Shown piece after piece: positions 31,361-41,655 of a DNA stretch of 64,000 nucleotides. The position numbers and the translations under genes were made by a program. Source of the stretch: an uncultured delta proteobacterium (GTDB lineage: Bacteria; Desulfobacterota; Binatia; UBA9968). Where the stretch lies: contig CAVWLW010000025.1 of the NCBI GenBank assembly GCA_963755715.1, positions 1 to 64,000 on the forward strand, given 5' to 3'. The notes beneath the pieces are model-generated. The model did not search any database. It was not told the DNA's origin and worked only from the letters and a program-made list of their open reading frames with translations. The number at the start of each line of letters is the position of its first letter. The stretch's first letter is position 1.

Positions 31361-32644
31361 ATGAAGATCACCAGCATTAAGGGATTCGCAGATATCCTGC
31401 CCGAAGAGGTCGGCGCATGGCAGAGAGTAGAAGCGGCGGCGCGGCGGATCTTTGACGCCTATCATTTCGCCGAGATCCGCATTCCCATCGTCGAAAAGAC
31501 CGAGCTTTTCAGCCGCTCCATCGGCGAGACCACGGACATCGTCGAAAAGGAGATGTATACCTTTGAAGATCGCGACAGCCGCAGTAATGAGGCGACCGAT
31601 GCGACGAAGCTCACACTGAGACCCGAGGGCACCGCCGGTGTCGTGCGCGCTTACGTGGAAGCGGAAATGTATAAAGTCGAGCCGGTGCGCAAGCTCTATT
31701 ACATGGGGCCGATGTTTCGTCGCGAGCGGCCGCAGAAAGGTCGCATGCGCCAGTTTCATCAAATCGGCGCCGAAGCGTTGGGGCGTGGCGATCCGTTTAT
31801 CGACGCGGAGATCTTGCTGCTGCTCAATGACTTTTTTGGTGCGGTGGGTTTGACTGAACTCACTCTGCAGATTAATTCCCTCGGCGATTCGGAATGCCGG
31901 CCGCAGTATCGTGAAAAGCTTTTGGCCTTTCTTAAAGCGCGCGAGGAATCCTTGTGCGCCAATTGCCGGCGTCGCATCGATCGCAATCCGCTGCGCGCGC
32001 TCGACTGCAAGGAGCCGGGCTGCATCGCGGCGACCCAAGATGCGCCGTCGATTCTCGATTCGCTGTGCGTCAATTGTCGGGAGCATTTCGCCACCGTGCA
32101 ACGGCTGCTGCGCGAAACCAATGTCGAGTATACGCTCAATCCGCGCATGGTGCGCGGGCTGGATTACTACTGCCGGACGACGTTCGAATGGACGACCACG
32201 CAATTAGGCTCGCAAAGCGCGGTTGCCGCGGGCGGGCGCTACGACGGGTTGGTCGAGCAACTCGGCGGACCGGCGATTCCCGGTGTGGGTTTTGCGCTGG
32301 GCGTCGAGCGGCTGACGATGTTGCTCAAGATGCAAGAGAGCGCGGCGGCGAGCGGCCCGAGCCTTTATATCGTTTGGGTCGGCGAGAAGGCGCGCGATTG
32401 GGCGTTTCCGCTGGTTCATCGTTTGCGCCAAAAAAATATCGCCGTCGAGATGGAAGGCGAAGCGCGCAGCTTAAAAAGCCAAATGCGCCGCGCCGATAAA
32501 TTCAAAGCACGTTCGGTTTTGATCGTCGGCGAAGATGAGCTGGCGAAGGGCAAAGCGGTGCTGCGCGATATGGCGAGCAAGCGCCAGGATGAAATCAGCT
32601 TGGATAGAATCGAGGCGGAGTTGACGGCGAGGAAGGCGAGTTAA
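31361..32644 (+). CDS. hisS: Histidine--tRNA ligase
   Basis: TDIVEKEMYTF, LRPEGTA, RPQKGR, RGLDYY, GGRYDGL. Confidence 0.98.
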   Translation: MKITSIKGFADILPEEVGAWQRVEAAARRIFDAYHFAEIRIPIVEKTELFSRSIGETTDIVEKEMYTFEDRDSRSNEATDATKLTLRPEGTAGVVRAYVEAEMYKVEPVRKLYYMGPMFRRERPQKGRMRQFHQIGAEALGRGDPFIDAEILLLLNDFFGAVGLTELTLQINSLGDSECRPQYREKLLAFLKAREESLCANCRRRIDRNPLRALDCKEPGCIAATQDAPSILDSLCVNCREHFATVQRLLRETNVEYTLNPRMVRGLDYYCRTTFEWTTTQLGSQSAVAAGGRYDGLVEQLGGPAIPGVGFALGVERLTMLLKMQESAAASGPSLYIVWVGEKARDWAFPLVHRLRQKNIAVEMEGEARSLKSQMRRADKFKARSVLIVGEDELAKGKAVLRDMASKRQDEISLDRIEAELTARKAS

Positions 32645-34450
32645 TGGCAACGGAACGAGTGTTCAACGATCAGTGGGGCGATTGGAAGCGCAGTTGTTAC
32701 TGCGGCGAGCCGCGCGCGGCCGCGGTCGGCAAAGAAATGACCTTGGTCGGTTGGGTGCACAGCCGGCGCGATCACGGCGGGGTTATCTTCGTCGATCTGC
32801 GCGATCGCAGCGGCATCTGTCAAATCGTTTTTCGACCGGAAGTCGATCCGGTGGGTCATGAGAAAGCCAAGCAGATTCGCTCCGAAGATGTGATCGCGGT
32901 GCGCGGCACTTTGTCGAAACGATCCGCGGAAACGATCAACGCCGATCTCGCCACCGGCGAAGTCGAGCTGGTTTGCCAAGAGCTGCGCTTGCTCAACGCC
33001 TCGGCCGTGCCGCCGTTCATCATCGAAGATGAAACCGACGCCAATGAAAATACCCGGCTGAAATACCGCTATCTCGATCTGCGCCGGCCGCAGAGCTTGA
33101 GCCCTTTACTGCTGCGCTATCGCATGACGAAATTGATTCGGGATTATCTCGACGGTTTAGGATTCATCGACGTAGAAACGCCGGTGTTGACCAAAAGCAC
33201 GCCGGAGGGCGCGCGCGATTATTTAGTGCCGAGCCGGATCTACCACGGCAAGTTTTATGCGCTGCCGCAGTCGCCGCAGTTGTTCAAGCAGATTCTTATG
33301 GTCGGCGGCCTCGATCGCTATTTTCAGATCGTCAAGTGTTTTCGCGACGAGGATCTGCGCGCCGACCGCCAGCCGGAATTCACTCAACTCGACATGGAGA
33401 TGTCGTTCGTTCAACGCGAAGACGTGATGCAGGTGGTCGAGGGCATGATCTCGCTCCTATTCAAAGAATTGAAAGGCATCGAGCTCAAGCGGCCGTTCAC
33501 GAGCTTGACTTATGAGGAAGCGATGAGCCGTTTCGGCTCGGATAAGCCCGATATGCGCTTCGGTTTGGAGCTCAGGGATTTTACCGATGCGCTGCGCCAG
33601 TGCCAGGCGCGAGTTTTTGCCGCGGCGATTCAAAACGGCGGCGTGGTGAAAGGCATTCGCATTCCCAAGGGCGGGGAGCTTTCGCGCAAGGACTTGGATG
33701 ACATGACGCCCGTACGTGGCGACCTTCGGCGCCAAGGGCATCGCTTGGACTAAAATCACCGCGGAGGGTTGGCAGTCGCCTATCGCCAAGTTTTTGTCGG
33801 CAGCCGAACAAAAAGCGATCGAGCAAATCGCCGGAGCCGAGATCGGCGACGTGGTGTTGTTTTCCGCCGACAGCGCCAAGATCGTGCACGACGCGCTCGG
33901 CAATCTGCGCCTGTACCTGGGCGAAAAGCTGGCTTTGATTCCGGCAAAGGAATACGCCCTCGTTTGGGTGGTCGATTTTCCGCTGATGGAGTTCGATGCC
34001 GAAGAAAAGCGCTACGTGGCGCTGCATCATCCGTTCACAGCGCCGCTGGATGAGGACTTACCGTTGCTTGAAAGCGAGCCGGCAAAGAGCCGCTCCAAGG
34101 CCTATGACCTGGCGCTCAACGGCATCGAGATCGGCGGCGGCAGCATCCGAATCCATCACGTCGAGCTGCAAAAAAAAATTCTCGGTCTCATGGGCATCGG
34201 CGCTGAAGAAGCCGAAGCAAAGTTCGGTTTTTTTCTCGAAGCTTTGAGCTTCGGTGCGCCGCCGCACGGCGGCATCGCTTTTGGAATCGATCGGTTGGCG
34301 ATGCTCTTGAGCGGCGCCAAGTCGCTGCGCGACGTGATCGCGTTTCCCAAGAGCCAACGCGCCGTGTGCATGCTGACGGACGCGCCGTCGAGCGTTGAAA
34401 CACGCCAACTGCGCGAGCTGGGGATCCGCGTCACTGGGGTAGAAAAATAG
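32644..34450 (+). CDS. aspS: Aspartate--tRNA ligase, possibly non-discriminating (frameshift at about 33712)
   Basis: [37 protein letters not shown]. Confidence 0.97.
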
Positions 34451-34598
34451 TCAATTGTTAAAATTTGCTGTTAGTCACCAGGACTGACAATGACATTTTT
34501 TGATCAATTTCCGATTTACTAGCGCCGGCCAACCGGCAACTTGGCGCAGTTTTCGTCTTGAGGGGCACAGTCCATTCTGGTATTTCTGGATCGTTTCC

Positions 34599-35252
34599 AT
34601 GTCAAAGCTCATTCCATTACTCATTTTTCTGCTCGCCGGCTGCTTCGGCCCGGGCAATCTGCAGAGCAGGCATTCGACCGATTTGGAATCGCGCCGCATC
34701 CGGCGCATCGTCATCTTGCCGGCTTTGGAGACGGCCGGGTCGCAGGTAAAGGTCGCCCCCACGCCTGGCGAGCCCAAGAGTCCGGAGCGGGATCCTAACG
34801 ATACCTTGGCGCGGCTCATCTACCAGGTGATGAGCGGCCTGCCCAATTGGCAGATCGTTTCTGAGAGCGAAGCGCGGGAAGTCAGTCAAACGATTACGGC
34901 GTCGAATGAAGCGGCGCGCTTGCGCGAGCTCGGCGAGGCGGTTTATGCCGATGCGGTTCTCATCGGCCGGGTGCGGCGCTTCCGCGAGAGAGTCGGCGAC
35001 GAGTGGGGCGTCAAGAGTCCCGCTTCGGTGGCTTTCGTGTTGGAGCTCGTCGATGTGCGGCGCGGCGACGTGATTTGGTCGGCCAGCTTCGATGAAACAC
35101 AAAAATCATTGAGCGAAAATATTTTTGCCATCGGCGATATTATCAGCGAGCGCGGCGTGAGATGGCTGACCGCGGAGCAACTCGCTCACGAAGGCGTCAA
35201 AAAAGGCGTCGCGCAATTGCATCAGTTGATCGCCCGCGCCGCGATTTCTTAA
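34599..35252 (+). CDS. Hypothetical lipoprotein
   Basis: LLAGC lipobox; DAVLIGRV and PASVAF segments. Confidence 0.75.
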   Translation: MSKLIPLLIFLLAGCFGPGNLQSRHSTDLESRRIRRIVILPALETAGSQVKVAPTPGEPKSPERDPNDTLARLIYQVMSGLPNWQIVSESEAREVSQTITASNEAARLRELGEAVYADAVLIGRVRRFRERVGDEWGVKSPASVAFVLELVDVRRGDVIWSASFDETQKSLSENIFAIGDIISERGVRWLTAEQLAHEGVKKGVAQLHQLIARAAIS

Positions 35253-35887
35253 ACGACTTCTGTTCCTGCACTCAGCTGCGTAACGATGCGCGCATCGGTT
35301 TGCAATTCCGAATCGATCGCCAAAGGCTTCGCGACACCCGCACTGATAATTTTCCCCAGTTCGGTCAGCTTGCGAGCGCTGCCGCGATCGAGAAGCAAGG
35401 TCTCGCCGCTGCTGAGCTCGAGCCGCAGCGCCGGCACTGGAAAGCGCTCCGCGGCGGTCGAGCCACCCAGCGCAAAACCGCTGTAGACGCGATCGATACC
35501 GAGGGTGACTCCAGCGATCTCGCTGCCCGTCGCCGTAAAGCCGACAGACCGATAGAGGCTTTGACGGCGCAGGCTGAGCCGCCCGGCGCCGGGGTCGATT
35601 TCGATCGTACGCCGCTGCGTCAGCAGAAAAAACGCAATGCCGAACAGAATCAGATTCATCAGCGGAAAATACCAAAGCGATCCCGCCGGGCCAACGAAAC
35701 CACGAATGCGAATGGCTTCGACGATCGGCACCGAGATAAACAGCAACAGCAGCGCGATACCTAAACAGAGAAACGCGGGGAAACGCGGACCTCGCCACAA
35801 CAGGCGGATGCTATCGGGGGTTTGCTCGACGACACGAAAACCGAGGCGAGTGCCGATGGCTTCAAACTGCGCGGGGTTCGCGTTCAT
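35249..35887 (-). CDS. Hypothetical protein with two transmembrane segments
   Basis: 212-aa ORF following the cofH-like gene; two hydrophobic helices. Confidence 0.7.
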   Translation of the reverse strand: MNANPAQFEAIGTRLGFRVVEQTPDSIRLLWRGPRFPAFLCLGIALLLLFISVPIVEAIRIRGFVGPAGSLWYFPLMNLILFGIAFFLLTQRRTIEIDPGAGRLSLRRQSLYRSVGFTATGSEIAGVTLGIDRVYSGFALGGSTAAERFPVPALRLELSSGETLLLDRGSARKLTELGKIISAGVAKPLAIDSELQTDARIVTQLSAGTEVV

Positions 35888-35913
35888 AATTCGACGCCAA
35901 ATTGAGCGCGGAC

Positions 35914-37216
35914 TTACGCCTGATGCTTTGGCTCTTTCTGTTCGCGGTAAAAATCGCGGAAACGGTACGCTTTCAGGTGGATGAGATTTTGATAGGAGCC
36001 GAAGCGCTGCGCCGGGTCATTGACCTCGTCGAGGAGGTCGCGGTGCTGCGCTTCAGATTCAAACACGCGGACTTTTTGGTAAGTCGTCGATCGTTCGGCC
36101 GGAATGCGGCCCATCTCGCGGATCATGCCGCGGAACTGCGACGGCTTCATGAGTTGTCCGTAGGACGCGCCCGCGGCGGTCGATATGCTCTCGTTGATCA
36201 ACGTGCCGCCGAAATCGTTGGCGCCGGCGAGCAGCGCGATCTGCGACAGTTTGGGCCCTTCTTTCACCCACGAAACTTGCAGATTGGGAATATAATTATT
36301 CAACATTAGGCGCGACACCGCGTACATCTTCATGACTTCCGCGCCGCTGGCGCCGCGGCGCAAGCCGGCGGGGGGCTTGCGGTGAAACATCGGCGCTTCC
36401 TCGTAAACAAAGCTCAGCGGCACGAACTCGGTGATCCCGCCGGTGCGTTTTTGAATTTCCCGGAGAATATCCAAGTGAACCGCTTTGTCGCGCGCGCTTT
36501 CGATATAGCCGTACATGATCGTCGAGGTAGTTGGAATGCCGATCTCGTGCGCGGTTTGGATCAGCTCGATCCATTGCGCAACGCCGATCCGGCCCGGTGA
36601 AACCTGCTGGCGGATTGCATCGACTAAAACTTCCGCCGAAGTTCCGGGCAGACTGCCGACCCCCGCTTCCTTCAGCGCGAGGAGATAGTCGCGAACGGTG
36701 ACACCGGTCAGAGCTCGAACCGTAGAGCACTTCCTCGGGCGAAAAGCCGTGAATATGAATATCCGGCAGCGCTTCTTTTAGAGCGCGGCAGAGATTGACG
36801 TAATGCCAGCCATCGATGCCCGGCGCGAGGCCCGCTTGCACGCAGACTTCTGTCGCGCCCAGCTCCTGCGCTTCTTTGGCGCGCCGGATGACTTCTTCAA
36901 CGGGCAGGAAGTAGCCTTCTTCCGCTAGATGACCGCGGCTGAAGGCGCAAAAGCCGCAGGCCTTGACGCAGACGTTGGTGAAATTGATGTTGCGGTTGAT
37001 CACGTAGGTGACGACATCGCCGACGGTGCGCGCACGCAGGGCATCGGCAGCAGCGATGATGGCGAAAAGATCCGAGCCGTCGGCGTCGAAAAGACGGGCG
37101 GCCTCGTCGACGGTGATGTCATGACCGGAAAGAGCGCGATCTAAAATCTCGGCGGTGGGCTGCGAGACGGTTGTAAACAAGCGTTCGAGCGATGATTCGA
37201 GCTGGGGGCAATTCAT
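35914..37216 (-). CDS. cofH: CofH-like radical SAM protein (FO synthase subunit 2), frameshift at about 36712
   Basis: NRNINFTNVCVKACGFCAFS (CxxxCxxC), SLPGTSAE, EFVPLSF, NLQVSWVKEG, GGTLINESIS. Confidence 0.8.
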
Positions 37217-37274
37217 GAGGCGACTGTAACTTTTCAGGACGGTAAACTCAACGACGGGTCGGAAAGAGATCTCT

Positions 37275-37807
37275 CTACGGCCGCAGCCAATAGCGGGCAA
37301 ATTCCTGAAGAAATGTCAGCGTCGTAAGATCGCGCATGCGGTCGAGATACACTTTGCCGTTCAAGTGATCGAACTCATGCTGAATCACGCGGGCGTGAAA
37401 GTCATTGGCGATAAAGTCGAGCGTGTTACCGCTACGGTCGAGGGCCTGAACGTGAATAGTTTTGTAGCGCGGCACCGACCCCGTAGATCGGGAATGCTGA
37501 GACAACCTTCCCAGTCTTCCTCCATTTCGTCGGACAGCGGCGTGATCTGTGGATTTACCAGAACCGTCAGCGGCACTTTCGCCTTATCGGGATAGCGGGG
37601 GTTGTCGGCGACCTCGAGTACGGCGACTTGCTTGGATTCGTGCACCTGGTCGGCGGCGAGACCGACGCCGTCGTATTCTTTCATGGTCTCGATCATATCG
37701 TCGATAAATTTTTGAATCTCCGGCGACTGTAGCTCCTGCGTGGAAATATTTTCCGTGACCTTGCGCAAAACAGGATGACCGAGACGCGAGACTTTCAGGA
37801 TCGCCAT
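37275..37807 (-). CDS. def: Peptide deformylase (one base missing at about 37477)
   Basis: GVGLAA, EGCLSIP, QHEFDHLNG. Confidence 0.95.
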
Positions 37808-38270
37808 GAAACGTTTCTTAACATAGGGGCAGGGGAGGAGAAAGAGCTCGTGTCGAGGATGGCTGCGTCAGTATTTCGATCATCCTAAAAAGATCCGTTA
37901 GCCTTCTCAAAAGGCGTGATTGCAAGACCCGACCCTCGGTTTTGCTCTGCTCCTTAAACTGGTCCATCGGTATGCCCGCTGAGCCTAAAACCCTGGCGAG
38001 CCTTGTCTCATAATCACCGTCAACCTCTAAAGTTGCAAGGTTTCGAAGCAACAAACAAATCGACATACATATCTGGTGAGACGTCGGCTCATTTCAATGA
38101 GGGTAATGTCTTTTCCAGATTCGGCCCAGTTCCTGCGATTTCATAACGGGGCACACCGTGGCAGACATCAAGGAAAGCTGCATGGCTATCCCGTTAAATT
38201 AGTGTGACAAGCGCTTGGCTCAGGTTGCATTGCGTTGCGGTGGCTAGACAAATTTGTTTGACTTCATACG

Positions 38271-38489
38271 ATGGCTGATAAACGGGTTGTGGACGCTGTC
38301 AGGGTAACGGCCGACCACGCGACCTGTCCGTGCGGCGAGGTGATCGCCTTGGCGGATCCCGATGATTCTCCCCCTGCCCTCCGTGGCGGGAAAACAGTTT
38401 ATCTACCGCAGTTGGTTGGTATCGAGTGCCCCAAGTGCGGCGCCGAAGTGCGGTTGGATCGGAGAGATTTCACGCTGCGGGAGAATTGA
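38271..38489 (+). CDS. Small Zn-ribbon-like protein
   Basis: TCPCG...ECPKCG cysteine pairs. Confidence 0.6.
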   Translation: MADKRVVDAVRVTADHATCPCGEVIALADPDDSPPALRGGKTVYLPQLVGIECPKCGAEVRLDRRDFTLREN

Positions 38490-38536
38490 ACTAGCGCAGT
38501 GATGCCGGAAAATATCGAAGGCGATAACTAGATATT

Positions 38537-38845
38537 ATGGCGAAGGACAAACCCAACAAACCAAGCCTTGCGGCACTCAAAGCTCGAATGGACTCGCTAC
38601 AGGAGCTCATTGCGTTCGAACGCGATGCTCCACGCCGTTTCGATCTAATACAGGAGCTACTCCTGACCAATGAATTGGTAGCGGAGATAGAAAAGGCGCA
38701 CAAGAATAAAATCGAAGATGCGAGCGGTGATTTGATGACCGCACGGCTGGTCAATCTAACGACTGAGATCGGTCAGCTCATTGTAAAAAGCAAACCGGTG
38801 CTCAATGCGGCTCTTTATCTGTTTTTGTTTACCACGCTGAACTGA
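38537..38845 (+). CDS. Hypothetical helical protein
   Basis: 102-aa ORF; no family recognised. Confidence 0.45.
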   Translation: MAKDKPNKPSLAALKARMDSLQELIAFERDAPRRFDLIQELLLTNELVAEIEKAHKNKIEDASGDLMTARLVNLTTEIGQLIVKSKPVLNAALYLFLFTTLN

Positions 38846-38913
38846 ATTGGACGTTGGTCGAGATTGCGTGTGCGATTAGCGCCCGTCTTCCAGGTGGTCG
38901 ATATGACCCTGAA

Positions 38914-39048
38914 CTATATTTCGATCATGTCGGCAATCCGATAACCAAGATCTGTAATCACGAGAATTTGCCCCTTTGAGTCGCGTTGATCTACGAGGTA
39001 GCTGTCAAGCAGTTCCTTAAGAGCTGACTCCCATTTGGCCACGTCCCT
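38914..39048 (-). pseudogene. C-terminal fragment of a truncated gene
   Basis: RDVAKWESALKELLDSYLVDQRDSKGQILVITDLGYRIAD resembles, from memory, C-termini of DUF4062-type proteins; no credible start. Confidence 0.4.
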
Positions 39049-39448
39049 GTGGTCTATCACGTTATCTGTCGAGGCAATAACCGCCAAGCGATAGTGGACG
39101 ACGACGAGTCGGTCCGCGACGCTCTTAGAGGATTTATCCAATCCGTCGGCTACGGAGCTGAAAATGTTCGCATCGGCTGAGGATTTCCTCGGCTCGGATA
39201 TTCTCGACAAGACAACCTGTTTGATCGTTGATCTTCATATGCCGGTCATGACCGGCTTGGAGCTCCAATGCCAATTATGCAACCGTCAATATCGGATTCC
39301 GATGATCTTCATCACCGCCCACGACGACCCGACGGCGCGAGCCAAGGCATTGAAATCCGGCGCAGTAGATTTACTGAGAAAGCCGTTCGCCGCAGAGGCT
39401 TTGTTAAACGCGATACAGGAGGCTGTCGATAGAAGAGTAAGTACTTAG
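39049..39448 (+). CDS. Stand-alone response-regulator receiver with a foreign N-terminus (extra A at about 39163)
   Basis: IVDDDESVRDAL, CLIVDLHMPVMTG, FITAH, LRKPF. Confidence 0.75.
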
Positions 39449-39616
39449 CGGGTTCTTTAGTGGCATGTCCTCGGCTGGCAAATTCGCCTTGCGCTTGTGC
39501 CGCAATGCAGACATGAGACGGCATGTTGACACAAACTTTCATCACGATTCAAAAACAATTCCGCCGCATGTTGCCACAAGTCACTGAACTCAGTTAGTTG
39601 CGCTCGTCAACAACGC

Positions 39617-39632
39617 TGGCACAGTCATTGCC
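39617..39632 (+). promoter_or_regulatory. Sigma54 (-24/-12) promoter
   Basis: TGGCAC-AGTCA-TTGCC. Confidence 0.8.
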
Positions 39633-39702
39633 CTATCATTCTGTGAGGATGCGATCCGACTTCGACTTCCTTTGTTTGGAAGGTGAAAAGTGAAAGGACA
39701 CT

Positions 39703-39846
39703 ATGCGTAGCAGTATATCCTTATTGGCAATGTTGTTTCTCATCTCTGTTCTGATGACGGGATGCGGATGTCTGGCTGCCGATAGTCACGACAAATCCGA
39801 GTGCCGGAAATATCACACCGAATGGGGACATTACCACGGCGATTAA
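39703..39846 (+). CDS. 47-aa putative lipoprotein (absent from the ORF track)
   Basis: AAAGGA RBS; MRSSISLLAMLFLISVLMTGC signal/lipobox, mature CGCLAADSHDKSECRKYHTEWGHYHGD. Confidence 0.7.
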   Translation: MRSSISLLAMLFLISVLMTGCGCLAADSHDKSECRKYHTEWGHYHGD

Positions 39847-39947
39847 AGCAGGCGGAAGGCCGCGCTTGCCGTCGAAGGTCAAAGGCACGAAGTCGCCCAA
39901 TGCGGCAAGCGTTGTAGATTTGAACGCAGAATTTCAGAGGGTAGGTT

Positions 39948-40742
39948 ATGGATTTGCAACTGATAAACAAAGTCGCATTGGTTACGGGCTCGACGGCGGG
40001 CATCGGTTTCGCCATTGGCGCAGGGTTGGCCGCCGAGGGAGCGAAGGTCATTATCAACGGCCGATCAGAGAAACGCGTTGACGAAGCGATCGCAATGATT
40101 CGGCAAAAACATCCTCAAGCCAGGCTTGCGGCATGCGCGGGCGATCTGAGCGACGCCGAGGTCGCACAGCGTGTCACCACCGACTTCCCCCAGGTCGACA
40201 TTTTGGTCAACAACCTTGGCGTTTACGACATCAAGCCTTTCGAAGCGATCTCGGATCACGAATGGCACGAAATTATTGAAACCAATTTCATGAGCGGCGT
40301 GCGCTTGAGCCGCCATTACCTGCCGGAAATGAAGGCGAGGAACTGGGGCAGGATCATTTTCATATCGAGCGAATCGGCGATCAACATTCCGGTGGAGATG
40401 ATCCATTACGGGGTGACCAAGACCATGCAGCTCGCCCTGGCGCGCGGACTTGCCGAGACGACGGCGGGGACAGCAGTGACCGTGAATTCGGTTTTGGCAG
40501 GTCCGACTCGCTCCGAGGGTGTGGAAAAGTTCGTCGATCAAATCGCACACTCCAGAGGCATCGAACAGTCGCATTTCGAGAAAGAGTTTTTCGCCACTGT
40601 TCGCCCTAGCTCGTTGCTCAAACGCTTCGCTAGCACCGACGAAGTAGCTTCATTGGTAATTTTCCTGGCTAGCCCGCTATCCTCCGCGATCAACGGAACG
40701 GCGCTGCGCGTGGATGGCGGCGTCGTGCGCTCGATCATTTGA
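39948..40742 (+). CDS. Short-chain dehydrogenase/reductase
   Basis: TGSTAGIG, NNLG, YGVTK, VDGG. Confidence 0.93.
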   Translation: MDLQLINKVALVTGSTAGIGFAIGAGLAAEGAKVIINGRSEKRVDEAIAMIRQKHPQARLAACAGDLSDAEVAQRVTTDFPQVDILVNNLGVYDIKPFEAISDHEWHEIIETNFMSGVRLSRHYLPEMKARNWGRIIFISSESAINIPVEMIHYGVTKTMQLALARGLAETTAGTAVTVNSVLAGPTRSEGVEKFVDQIAHSRGIEQSHFEKEFFATVRPSSLLKRFASTDEVASLVIFLASPLSSAINGTALRVDGGVVRSII

Positions 40743-41123
40743 TAGTTGATTTTCCAGGGGGTCAAATTCATCGCGGCGGCAAAAGCTCGCTGCTGATCGC
40801 TGCACCCTCGGTCGCCTATTTGTTTCCATAAGAGTCGTCGTAAACAGACTTCTCCTGCATGTGACGAATTTGATCGGCTCTCCTGCCGTCTTGCCACGCA
40901 GTTGATTATGACGAAGGAGCGTTAGGCTCTTTCAGTCGCGCAATTCTCCGCAGGCGGTCCGAGCCGACCGGCCGGCATCGCGTCGCCCTATCGGCTTTCA
41001 CTCGGCACGACGGTCATCCCTTGCCGGACGCCGGCGATTCTTTCGCCGTCACAAACGCAGGCATTTCGTGCACGTCGCTCTGGATCTCGGCGTTTAACTC
41101 GCGGCAACGGCAGATTTTTTTCA

Positions 41124-41139
41124 TGGCATGAATTTGGCG
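41124..41139 (+). promoter_or_regulatory. Possible sigma54 promoter
   Basis: TGGCATGAATTTGGCG keeps GG-N10-GC spacing; -12 element imperfect. Confidence 0.45.
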
Positions 41140-41204
41140 CTTAGTTGAATTGGGATCAATCGATGACGCCGCCATCCTTGTCGGCGTCTTTCGAGGTGAA
41201 ATAA

Positions 41205-41580
41205 ATGTTGTCCCGGGTGATCGGGCGAATAAAGAAAATATGGCAGCGCCGACGTTCGTTATCGATGGCTTTGGCCGGCGGCGCTCTGTTGAACGGCTGC
41301 GCCGCGCTGGGAACCGATTCGGTCAAGGCGCCGGTAACGATCAGCGAAGTGATCCAAATGGGCAAGGAGAACGTTCCCGCCGATACCATCGTAAATAGGA
41401 TGCGCGAGAGCAAAGCCGTCTATCGCCTGAACGCAACAGGGTTGGTCCGATTGCACGATCAAGGAGTCCCCGATCCCGTCCTCAACTACATGCAACAGAC
41501 TTACCTCGACGCCGTCCGGCGTGAACAAGTTCAGGCCGATTGGAACACTTCGGGAAATGTGGCGCGATCACTTTTGGTAA
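41205..41580 (+). CDS. Hypothetical lipoprotein (probable frameshift at about 41553; true end WRDHFW-stop)
   Basis: LLNGC lipobox; VTISEVIQM..LVRLHDQGVPDPVLNYMQ. Confidence 0.65.
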
Positions 41581-41655
41581 ACAAGGAGAACGAGAAACGA
41601 TCAGCCGGCGCGGAGCATTCAAGAGAATCCGCTGGCCGGCAAGGAGAGAGTTATC

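Noticed and set aside
37830-38070. tmRNA or other structured RNA upstream of def
   Set aside because: No tRNA-like ends, T-arm or tag reading frame found on either strand
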